From contig CM060732.1 in NCBI GenBank assembly GCA_030704615.1, forward strand, positions 18,724,001-18,788,000: 64,000 bases of DNA, given 5' to 3'. Numbering within the stretch: position 1 is the first letter of the stretch; every line of letters starts with the position of its first letter. The position numbers and the translations under genes are program-made. Below the pieces are notes generated by a model. That model was not told where the DNA came from. It made no database searches and was given only the letters and a program-made list of their open reading frames with translations. This stretch comes from Takakia lepidozioides (taxonomy: Eukaryota > Plantae > Bryophyta). Below are positions 11,635 through 23,600 of the stretch, one piece after another.

Positions 11635-13772
11635 GTGGGGGAGGTGCACATTGTGAGTGTCATCACGGAGTTTCCCAGGGGTTCTGAGGGGAGTACGGTT
11701 ACAGGCAGTAGCAGTGAGAGTGGGTTCACCAGACGAGGTGTTCATTTCAGACCACCTTCACCTCCACCCTCAACTAGTGCAGAGTCAGACATAGACTCGG
11801 AGGCTTCATCAACAGGTGTGCAGTTTTATTCGCCATTGTTGTGGGACGACATGGAGGAGATGTATGGAGCTACCAAGGGGCCTCGTAGGTACTCTGGAGC
11901 TGTGGGCACAATCGAGTTGGATGACTTTATCCAGGAGTTCGACAGCTGGTGTGATTTGCAGCAGATCCACAGTTATTCACCCCATTCATGGCGTAGAAGG
12001 GACTGTTCCAGCATTTGGAAGGCCCGCCTATGGACGATTACCACGAGTTCAGGCGAGGACCTGAAGCAGAGATTGAGGAGTGGAGGATGTATTGGTCACC
12101 TGATTACGTCTCCATTACTCGAGGCACGACGGGACCAGTAGCTGCATCAGTACCAATATCTCTCACTGCCAGCACTAGTAGTGGAACAAGTAGTGCCGGT
12201 ACTTCTGCAGGTGGTACCAGTTCAAAAGGTGCTACTAGTCCTCCTGCCACGACTACAACACATGTGCCTAGATTCAACCCGGTGGTGGAGTTCTTCCAGG
12301 AGTTGCGGAGGAACTACCAAGATGTACGGACAGAGAAGCTGCGAAGTTTGCAAGACTTCCAGCGCAAACCCAGTGAGAGCTTGCAAGAGGCCTACACTCA
12401 TATGAGGCGCTTGATAAGTGTGATCCAAGGGGTTACTGAAGCTCAGGCAATCCAGTTTTGGTATGGAATTTTGGACAAGGAGCTCAGGAGAAGGGTGCGG
12501 GATGCAACCCCGTTACAAGCAGCCCAACCCACATTAGCAGATGTGTTTCTGCTGGCTGAGCGGATTGAGCCCAACATGGTGGAGGAGCGAGTTGTTACCA
12601 TTGGATTTGGCAAGGACATGCCTGCACGAGGCGCAGCTGCCAGCCCACAGGCACAAGGGACTGCCCAACAGCGTGGTCAGGGGGGCAAGGTTTCCCAACC
12701 CAAGTTCCATGGAGCTTACAGGGGACCTCAGGTGCAGAGGCCCGTGGCATCTTTTGCATGCCAACAGCAACCAAGGATGATATGTTGGACATATGGAGGA
12801 CCTCATGTCAAGAGAGATTGCCCAGAGAGTGGCAGAAGGCCGGCACAAGCACAGCCTACACAGTTGCAGTATGGGCATTGTGGCAAGTATGGGCATGAAG
12901 ATGCCCAGTGTTATGACTTGCATCCTGAGTTGCGCCCAGGCCAGTTCCAAGGGAACAATGGTGGCCGGGGGCAAGGTGGACCAGCCCAGAGAGGACGAGG
13001 TGGTCGGGCACGAGGTGCAGGCCAAAGGCAAGCTCAACATGGCCAAGGACGCGTAGGTCAGGGTGTTGACCAAGGCATGGCCAACCGGCTTCAGCAGCTA
13101 GAGCAGAGGCTCGCTGCCATGGCTACAGCTCAGGCGGTACCGGCTCCCAGGCGGGATGGTCCACCTCCTGCGCCTGAGGGAGGAGATATGGGAGGCATGG
13201 GATTCATGTGCGGAGCAGCACTACCACTAGTGCAGGTGGAGTCTGCTGCAGCCGTGACTCGAGGAGCAGCACGAGTTCCTGAGCCACGAGGTGCAGAGGT
13301 GGAATTGGATCCAAAGCGTGGGGAGGCAAGCCGTCAGACGAGGCTTCCTCAGTCATTCACATTGGCGGAGACTGTGTCGACGCCATCCATGGCACCTAGT
13401 TCTCGCCCGACTGTTACCGAGGCAGAGGTTACTATGCCATTGGGGAGAGCTACACGTGCAGCACTGACACCTGCTACCAAGGCTAGTGCAGCCGGTGTGT
13501 TGTTGGGGGCAGCCACCTCTGTGTGTCAAGCCCCACTGTTCTCGGCAACCATGATTGCAACGCCGGGGGTAAGACCAGCTGCAGTGTTCAGACTAGCAGC
13601 AATACTCTGTGAGAGTGGGGAGGTCACTTCATCTTCTGCGGAGTTAGTGGAAGGTGTAGTGGCAGAGGGATCCTCGGATTTGAGGGTCAAGACTGCCACG
13701 GCTGCGCCATGGCAAGCTGCAGCTGCCAGGTTGACGGAGCTGCCAGCTAGGCCAGCCTTTGAGCGTGCCATG
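11635..13772 (+). pseudogene. Element B gag (frameshift near 11970); continues at 27452 after the CACTA insertion
   Basis: 598-aa ORF with retrotransposon gag core, two zinc knuckles (CWTYGGPHVKRDC, YGHCGKYGHEDAQC) and an RG-rich tract. It ends ...PAFERAM at the CACTA TIR and resumes VTPGVVLLDNQDG, matching element A's ERSMVTPGVVLVDNQDG. Confidence 0.92.
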
Positions 13773-14799
13773 CACTACTACAGAAACCGGTTTTTCCAAC
13801 ACCACCCATAGTTCACACCTGGCACTTTGAACGGCTCTTCTTACACCCATGTGAGACGAGGCAAGGTGTGATTTGGATCATTGTAGGAAAAGCCACATGG
13901 TGTTACAAATTTCACACTCGAATGACACCCATACGGTCAACAGATGTTGACCAAGATAATTCATATGGGGCATTTGACATGAGTGTCAAATGAGTCATGG
14001 AGTGTGAGGTGAGTGTCAGATGTCCTACAGGAATTTGGGGCAACTATATGGCGTGGCACATTGACCATCAAGGTGGATATGACTTGGCCCATTGACCATC
14101 CAGGTGGAAGATGGATGGATAAAATGACTTCCACCTCTATTCAACATGCCCTGGACGACATAACACATAGACTTTTGTTTAGAGAATTTAAAAAGTTCAA
14201 AAAGGTTATTAGGGTTATGGGGACCAACAATCCAAAAAGATGCACTGCTCATGCAGCTGACGACAATATCGTTATGAGAATGTCACACTATAATGAACAA
14301 TGTAAAACAATTGCTTTGAGAAGCTATAGATAAAACTACCACATTTGGGAGCCCGGCAATGTCAATCCCATTTCTGTCCAGTCAACCGTGACCCTTCACA
14401 ATGAGACAGTCTGAAGCTGAGCTGAGCACGGATTTCAATCTCTACTAGTCCAACCGTACTAGAGAAATATCCAGTGATCCTCAGACAAGGTTTTCTTCGC
14501 CACCTTACATAAATTGTTCCCAATGACTCAATCCCTGTCCACATTGTTGCTAGATTCGAGAAGCTTGGACAAAGTGCCTTGCTCTTTGTGACTGCCTCCT
14601 TTTTTGAGACAGCAGGGTTTTTTTGCTACGGGTGTCCTTCACTCACAACCGTCTTTTTTACATTGCGTCCGGGATATCAATGATCACCCCAGCCTGAATT
14701 TTGCCCCACCCTATCAAGCGCCAGTGCTTTTTAACTAGTGCTTTTCAACTCGTCTACTGAGGGCCCCACTTTCTCCCCTTCGCTGGTACATGTCAAAAT

Positions 14800-15165
14800 C
14801 ACTCCAAGAGCCATAGTGTTGGAAAACTGCCTTCGCATCCTTGATGCTCCCACATTTGGCATACATGTCCACGAGGGCATTGTTCAGAATCACATCAGGT
14901 AGAATTCCAGCTTTGACAATGAAGCCATGGACCTCTTCCCTTTTTCCAGAGCTGCCAGGTTTGCCCTTGATGCTCCCACATTTGGCATACGAGGCATTTG
15001 GCATACCCTTGATGCTCCCCACATTTGGATCGCATCTGTTACAATTCCAACTTTGGTGATGCATCCAAAGCTGCCAGACTTGCACACGCACTGCAAACGC
15101 ACAATCTCGTTCAGCCATAGTGTTGAACACGCATCCTCAGTGCTCCCACATTTGCTATACATGTG
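14800..15165 (-). pseudogene. Captured PLS-type PPR gene fragments inside the CACTA
   Basis: EVHGFIVKAGILPDVILNNALVDMYAKCGSIKDAKAVF and MYSKCGSTEDA..FNTMAERD. Another fragment at ~15915-16012 reads VFNTMAEQDVVSWSAMLAGCAQ. Confidence 0.85.
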
Positions 15166-15171
15166 TCCACC

Positions 15172-16888
15172 ACCAGCTAACTTGCAGAATTCAACATGGA
15201 AATTTAGGGCCGATTCTAATAAGAGGGAAAAACAGGGTGAAATGTGTTGAAGAAGGTGCCCTCATTGCCTGATTTTACCAATTGTGTCGCTGCTGCTGCG
15301 GCTTCCAGTTGACCATCTACCCATGCAGGTTTCTTGTAGCTATTCTCCCACAAGGAATCATAGGCAATGTTGTGCTTGAAATGTGGCCCTCACCGATGAA
15401 TCTGGACCCACACTCTATCCCTGCTCCTTCAGCTATCCATGCCTCTGCACAAATCATGCATACATCCTTGCCTTGCTGGTAGCAGCTGACAATAACAGCC
15501 TACATTTGTTCTAGGAAACACCCAACTCAACTTCTCACACTAGTTCATATGCTCAATTGCATCTGCTACTCTCTGTAATCCAACAGACATTCACCTTTTT
15601 GCCACAATTGGGCCACCATTGATTAGGGTCAGAAAAGTATTCATGCCACAGCTTCATGACTGTTTAGGGTTCACTGTCACAAATGAAAGTGTGTTTGTCA
15701 GAATTCTGCCCACCCCAACAGCTCAGTCACTCCCACCCATGTAAGGTACCATGTTGTATCAAGTATAAACCCTGGAAAAGTACATGCAATAGCAGAAACC
15801 AACTCTACACCATAGCACAACTGGCTTGGTACCTCCCATGTGGAGCTTGCCTCCGCCTTCTACCATTTCGCCTCTGCCTTGCAGGTGCATTCAAGTTGGC
15901 AATGGCCAATTCAGCAATTCAAAGGCTCCATCCCACTTCACTGCTGTGCACATCCTGCAAGCATCGCGCTCCACGACACCACATCTTGTTCAGCCATGGT
16001 GTTGAACACTCCCTAAACTTGACCAAATCAGAAAAGTATTCATTCCACACCTTCTCCTCATCTCTTGTACCTGTTTCTGGATACTTTCCTGTTGTCACAT
16101 TGGCAGTATCATGTCAAAGTCACTCCAATCTATCAAAGATTCAGTCAACCAGCTAACTTGCATAATTCAACATGGAAATTTAGGGCCGATTGTGATAAGG
16201 GGGAAAAACAGGCTGAAATGTGTTGAAGAAGGTGCCCTCATCGCCTGATTTTACCAATTGTGCCGCTGCTGCTGCGGCTTCCAGTTGACCATCTACCCAT
16301 GCAGGTTTCTTGTACCAATCCTTCCACAAGGAATCATAGGCAATGTTGTGCTTGAAATGTGGCCCTCTTGGATGAATCTGGACCCACACTCTATCCCTGC
16401 TCCTTCAGCTATCCATGCCTCTCACAAATCATGCATACATCTTTGCCTTGCTGGTAGCAACTGACAATAACAGCCTACATTTGTTCAAGGAAACACCCAA
16501 CTCAACTTCTCACACTAGTTCCTATGCTCAATTGCATCTGCTACTCTCTATAATCCAACATGCATTCACCTTTTTCCCACAATTGGGCCACCATTGATTA
16601 GGGTCAGAAAAGTATTCATGCCACAGCTTCATGACTGTTTAGGGTTCACTGTCACAAATGAAAGTGTGTTTGTCAGAATTCTGCCCACCCCAACAGCTCA
16701 GTCACTCCCACCCATGGAAGGTACCATGCTGTATCAAGTCTAAACCCTGGAAAAGTACATGCAATAGCAGAAACCAACTCTACACCATAGCACAACTGGC
16801 TTGGTACCTCCCATGTGGAGCTTGCCTCCGCCTTCTACCATTTCGCCTCTGCCTTGCAGGTGCATTCAAGTTGGCAATGGCCAATTCA
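15172..16888. repeat. ~740-bp direct duplication (15172-15913 / 16150-16888) covering the 3' end of the transposase gene
   Basis: Both copies run from CCAGCTAACTTGCA.AATTCAACATGG to AATGGCCAATTCA, and duplicated ORFs appear in the track (MCRCCCGFQL..., MKVCLSEFCPP...). Confidence 0.92.
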
Positions 16889-19800
16889 TCTGCCTCACTC
16901 AAAGGAACACAAACAGCAAGCTCAGTCATGATGTTATGAGGAATTTCAGGAGGCACCATGCCTACATAAATGTCTCCCTCACCCAGTGCCACTTCTGTAA
17001 TATCGTGAACCACTCGTCGGGATCGAGGGTCCTTGTGAAGGACCACCTTCCAGTTCCCTCGTGAACTTTTTTCATCCGAGAAAAAAACTTGCTCCACCTG
17101 ACTAGGGAATGTCCAGGGCTGCTCCATCCCAGGCAACATGCGACTGAAGTCAACCAAGAGAAAGCCATAATCATCTCGTTTCATGGTGGCATTCCGGCCC
17201 ACCATGTGTGACCTCACCCATGTACACAAGAACAGAATTGGGTGAAGAATTCCGTAATCCAGTTGAATTATTTCTCTTACAACACCCACATATTCCAATT
17301 GGGATAACACTCGTCTGGACATACCTGCTCTGTTTTCGCTTTCCTGATGGAATACTTGAGCAACTCCAGAATCAAATGTCACCCTGTCTCTGGCGCCAGT
17401 CCCATCACTTATTGCTCGAAAGTGATTGCCGTAAGCATACATGGACTTGAAGCCCAATGACTGTACTGCTGGTGGTATACATAAATGGCATATGTCCAAA
17501 TCATAGGACTCACCTGAACTCACCTTGCGTTGGACAGCACCTTCAATCCATTCATGGAATGGAGCCAGTAAGCGCATATCTGTTGGGTATGGAATTTCTC
17601 CATTGTGGTGGTCTTGGTCTTGTCCACAAAGGTATGCTGTTCTGAACTCAGTGCGGGATGCTTCTATGAGTGCCATCTCCTCTTCATAGGCCCTGTCCAA
17701 ATGAGAATTGCAAATTAGGATTACAGCTTATACCATTGGCAGAAATGAAACACACAGGATATGATAAGCAACATACTTACTCAAGGAATGGTTTCATGCA
17801 ATCTGTGTTGTGCAAAATATACTCGTGTGCACTGTCTCGTTCTTGAATGGTGAGGACTCGTACAGTTCCCAATCCTTCAACCACCTCCCCACTAACTGAG
17901 TCTTCTTCATTGGAGTCCCACACCCTTCGGCTTGTAGCATGAAATTCAGCCATATACTCAGTTAGAAACCCTAGGGCCTCATCCAAAGCATACCCTTCCG
18001 CCATGCTCCCTTCAGGTCGGCTCATATTCCTTACATAGCCTTTTAATGTCTTCATATACCGTTCCATAGGATACATCCAACGGCTAGACACGGGACCACA
18101 CACCTCCAATTCGTCCACAAGGTGTACAAGCAAGTGAGTCATGATATCAAAAAATGACGGAGGGAATTCTTTCTCCAGCAGACACATAGTGATTGCAACA
18201 TCTTCTTTTAAGGCCGGTACCTCAGCTGGATTAATGATCTTTGCACACACTTTTTGGAAGACTCGAGAAAGCCTCATAATTGCCATCCGTGGACCCTTTC
18301 CCAATACCCCTCGAATGCAAAGAGGTAAAATCTGCTGCATCATTACATGGTAGTCATGGGTTTTCATTGTAGACAGTTTATTGTCAGCCACATGTTTCTG
18401 GAATGTGGCAGCATAACCTGTGGGGGCCTTTACTGCAGCCAATGTTTCCAAAAACAGCACCTTCTCATCTTCAGTAAGAACATATGGGGCCAAAGGCTTG
18501 ACCAACTTGTTCGGGTGAGAGGGATGGGGTCTCAACCACAAGTGTTCACGAATGACATTGAGTTCCATATCCTTCCTAGATGTGGCTGTGTCCTTCTCCC
18601 CAAGAATGGTTCTCAGCACATTCTCACACAAATTTTTTTCACAATGCATCACATCCAGTGTGTATCGGATGAGTAAGTCTTTCCAGTATGGCAATTGGTT
18701 CAAAACAGTGACCCGTTTCATGCCATGTTCCTTTGAAGGGTCCAGTTTTCCCCCCTCAGCCCCTCCCATTGCGAGATACAACTCTCTGGTTGTAGCCCGG
18801 TCAAATTGCTCACTTGCAGTGACCACCATAGGAGCTGCTCTATGTTCCACATGTCCATTAAAGTGGGACGAGTTATTCCTATAGGGATGAATAGCAGGCA
18901 AGTATCTCCTATGACCAAGATACAAAACTTTTTTGCATGCCTTGGAGTACCTGGAATCAACATTAGGGCCGCAAGCTGGGCAGGCCTTGTATCCCCCGTG
19001 TGCGCATCCTGCTAGCAACCCATAAGCTGGAAAGTCGTGGATTGACCACATCAAGATGGCCCTCATGCGAAATGACTGTTGCCCCACTAGGCTACTTCCA
19101 TCCAATGCCTCCACACCAACTTCCCACAACAATTTCAGCTCATCCACAAGGGGCTGCAGATAAACATCTGCATTGTCATTTCCCACAGATTGTGGTCCAG
19201 GAATCAATAAAGCCAACATCGTGAAAAATGGCTTAGTACACAGCCATGGTGGAAGATTATAGTTTACCAACATGACAGGCCAAGTTGACCATTTGTTTGA
19301 TTTATCACTGTAAGGATTGACACCATCCCATGCGAGACCCAATCGCAGATTTCTGGGGTCCGCTGCAAACTCAGGCCATTTTTGGTCAATGTGGGCCCAA
19401 GCCTTGCTGTCTGCTGGGTGCCTAACCAAGCCATCCAAACTTCGATTCTTAAAGTGCCATGACAATAACTCTGAGATGGATTTGGCTTTATACATTCGAA
19501 GCAGCCTTGGAATGATAGGGAAATGTCGAAGGACCTTACGAGGTACTGGTGTCTTCGTACCCACCACATAACGACATGCCTGACATTTTGGACAAACCTC
19601 CAAATTTTGAAGCTCCCTTCTGAACAACACACAACCTTTCGGACATGCATGTATACTCTCGTAATGAAGCCCGAGTTCCATTATGAGTTGTTTTGCCTCA
19701 TAGTGGGACTTTGGCAGGCAATTGTCTGCTGGCAACAGTTGTCTTCCTAACAATGTAAGGAGTTCATCGACAAAGGTGTTTGACACACCATGGGTTTGAC

Positions 19801-20590
19801 AAGCATTTAACAGCAGTAAGGTAGCAGACAATCGAGAGGAAGAACTCCCTACATACAAAGCCCTGGATGCCTCCTGCTCAAAACGTAAGGCACTCGCTGC
19901 ACCACGATCACCATCGCTCTTCAGTCCACCATCAGTCTGCTCTGGCACTCCATCTGTGTCCCATTGGCCCTGTGTTCCATCTCCCGGTTCCTCATGTGCA
20001 TCACCAGTTTGCACCCCATTATCTGTAGTTGCGAATGTCTCCCGGAGCATTCTAAGCATGTCAAGATTACGATCCAAGGTATCAGGACCACCTGCAGGGC
20101 TGGTTTCCGTTCTAAACCCCTCATGTTCGTCTCCAGAGTTTTCCTGCTTATAAGCATATCAGTCCACATGTCAATCCACAATAAGATGGGGAGTTTAGGG
20201 TTGGAAATGGTGGATGTGGAACGTGCCATAATACAGGCACGTGGCAATAGGAAAACGGGCATGTACAATACTCTACACCTTACAACAATCCCGCTACCAG
20301 GAATTTGAACTGTTTCTTATAATTTCAAAGTATGCATCAGGGTTAAGGGAAGAGAATCCACAGATATGCACCGGGAGTTCTCGCAAGTTAGGATCTCGCA
20401 AGTTCAAAAGCAGATGACGCTTAGCCCGGCCAATGGTTTGCCAGTTCCCACCATGACAGGCATTGCATGGACATAGAATTTTCCGAAGACCCAGTCTTCT
20501 TGCTCGCGCTTCCTCTAGTTTCCACAATCTGTCATCGTCATGTTCTGCTTGTGTCCGCCTTTGCAATCGATGGGCAGTAGGAGGGATCAT
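16780..20590 (-). CDS. CACTA TnpD-like transposase, spliced: N-terminal CPC..C..H domain ~20590-20370, core 20077-17780, C-terminal exon ~17695-16780
   Basis: 766-aa open core with IHACPKGC.LF, CPKC...RY, HPADSKAW..ID, PRNLRLGLAWDGVNP, STWPV...YNLPPWLC, DFPA, LDVMHCEKN, KTHDYH, FPPSFFDIMTHLLVHL and RWMYPMERYMKTLKGYVRN..RPEGSMAE. The final exon has YVGVVREIIQLDY...LFLCTW and FPSQVEQVFF. A GT-AG intron spans ~17780-17696. Confidence 0.93.
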
Positions 20591-20619
20591 CTTGGCGACT
20601 GAGTGAGACTCGTCAGGAA

Positions 20620-23600
20620 ATGGAGACAGACATAGAGTGTCCAGAAGTTACACCAGGGCGCAAGCCTACAGCGAGGGAGGTAGAACGAGCAAAGCGTCAA
20701 GCGGAGAACAAGGCATTCTTCGCACGACTGAAGATCTACGACATTGCAAAGAGGTCCGAACTTGCGTTTTTTCATATGCCCTACCTAGCCCTAGCCATGA
20801 AACCGCATTAAAAGCTCCAAACCTGCAGAGAGGATATGTTAGGGTTTTGCTGCTGCTGACATTGTCTTTCTTCTTCTTCTTTGCAGCGTCGAAGCGAGAT
20901 TGAGTCGCCCTAAACGCCTCGTTGAGGAAATCCTCAAACACACAGGTCCTCCTCGCCGAAGTCACAGAGTTCAACTCCTGCACTCTGCAATGTCACAACG
21001 GGAGAAAGAGGTAGAGCAAGAGGAGGAAGCGCAGGTGGTAGCGGAGTCAGACACAGAGGAGGCACGAGAGCAAGAATTGCAGCGAGACCAAGATTATGCC
21101 GCACATGAAGACTTGAATGAGACCAGCTCGGAGTCAGAGATGGAAACGATGAAAGAAGCCCCAACAAAGAGAAAGCGCGCAAAGCACCCTGCAAACTCCC
21201 CAACCCATCAGCAGGTTTGCGATCTGCACCAAAGTTCCGAGTTTCAAACACTATATAACTTGTCCCAGTATAATTTAGGGTTCTGAGACCTAACAAGCTG
21301 ATTGATATCTTTACGGAGCTGGTAGTACCTCGCCCACAATTCTCTGTTGGTTTCCAAATTGCAGCACTCTTTATAGAGGGCTCGTCTCTCAGCTATCTTG
21401 AGTTTAATCTCATTGGTCCACCAATTAACAGCTCTAGCACAGACAATTAGTTTCATCCCAATGATCTTGTCAACCACGGAGGAAACGAAACTCTCCCAAG
21501 AGTCCCCTGCTCTTTCGACCGTTATCAGAGCGAGACTGAAGTTCTTGGAGCGATTGCATCGAGAGGGAGAGCCTCTTGCAAGGCCTGGACATACTCAACC
21601 TTGACCTCCTCATTATGAAGTTTTTCTATGCGCCACTTCCGAATCGAATGTTTCACATATCTCTTGGTGTTGGGAAAACACCTTTTGATCTCATTCCAAA
21701 CCAGGAACTGGTCAGAGGTAGCAATATCAGTTCTGTCGATCAACACATTCGCACACTGGGGGAACAAATTTTTGTCCATTATGATATAATCCACAATGGA
21801 GCGTTCCCCAGTTTGGGATTTCTCACGAGTCCACTGCACTTGGTCACCTCTTGTCCTGATATTCAAGGTGAAAAGCTGAAGATCTTCTAGACAGTTAATT
21901 AACTGTCTGCCATTAGAATGAGGGGCTCACTCCATTAGTAGGACTTACCGTGTTATAAACATTAGTTCAGGCTTTCCAGATTCCTTTTAGAAAGCCCTTC
22001 ACACGTTCATCAGTTTTGTTGTATGTGGGCTACCAAGCAATGAGACCCCAACAGGGCCCACCGCTTTAGACTCAGCCTTGAGATATTGATAGTTGGTGAA
22101 CAGAGGTGCAGGGACTATGTTCTTGATGGTCCTGAAGAGGGTCGCTCTCTGATGAGAATACCCCAGACTTGTATCACAAAATGGACATTGTCTTCAGGCC
22201 ACCCACACCAGTGAGCATCGACAATCTCCCTTTCCTCTCTGCATCTGTTTATTGTTCAAAGGTAGACTCCCCATCCGGAGGTTAAATTTTCAGTCTAGTG
22301 CCAAGGGTAGGTCTGCCCTTCAGATCATCCTCAAAGTCCTCACCCATGTCACAAACTGGAAACGAGTTCAGGGAAGTTTATGCCTAACATTGTTTTGTTC
22401 GGACATTCTTCATGCTTTTGACATGGCCTTAGACACTTCAGCCTCCACGTCAGATTCATCTAGCAGGGTAGGGTCGTTGGTATGAGGCATGCGATTCAGC
22501 TGACTGTACCATAGGTCTGACTGACAGGGTCTTCTTGCATAGGCCTTTGGGCTTGGCTTACCCACGTGGTTTGCCATCCCTAGTAGTATGGTCGTATTGT
22601 TTCACATGTTTCTGTTGAGCAATGTGTGCAGAGTTCAGTCAAAAAAAGGAAGGGAATTGCAGGGAAGGATGCGAACGAGCATAAGTCTCTTACTCCAGCA
22701 AAGTGTGCACCAACTATTGCGCCAACTGCTGTGATGAGTGGCGCGGTTGTTTCCCCTTACGAAAAACCAGCCCCGCCCACTCCACAGACTGACGTTCCAG
22801 CTCCCTTGTATCCACCAGTATCGGCTCCTCCCTCGTATCCGCTTATGTACCCACAGTATCCTGCCATGTCAGGGTATAATCTGCATGGGCACATGCCGTA
22901 TCCTCACTATCAACCTCCAAACAATGATTCTCAGTGCCAGAATTACAATTCTTTTGCTCCACCTGCAGGCGCTCCAATGCATGATCCTAGTCAAGGTGGG
23001 TATTCCATTTACCACCATTATGGAATGCATCCCCATAGTATGTATCCTCCTCGGCCTATGTACAACCAACCTACTTCCTCCCTCTATCCTACCAGCCCTG
23101 CAAGACCACACCAGGGGCAGGTCCAGTATGGTGGCCACCAACCTTCAGGATCCAACTACAGTGGAGTACAACTGCCGGCACCTTCGAGCTTCACTGCACC
23201 GCGGCCACCTCTTTATCCAACATCTCCAGGTACACCTAATACCCTGAAAGGGAAAGGCATTCTGAAACAGACCGAGGATGCATTTGCTCCGCATCATCCT
23301 GTGGGGTGGGAGACAGCAGTCCAGCCCCAACAGAGTGAAGGTGGTAACATGCATGGTACTGCTGAAACCTTGCAGGATTCCAGCCTTAGTCCTGGGGGGA
23401 CATCAGGTGTGACTCCTATAGAACGCAAAAATGCTTTAAGGAGGGAAAGAAGGGCACTTGCAAAAGATCTGAGAGACCAGGCTGCTCAGAATGTGGCTGT
23501 AGGGAGGAGGAAATTTTTCATTTCTTGTGATGAACTTGGAAACCCTGAAGGTCCTGCTCGGAACCAGTGGATGACAGCTCTGCGAGGGCAGTGTCAACGT

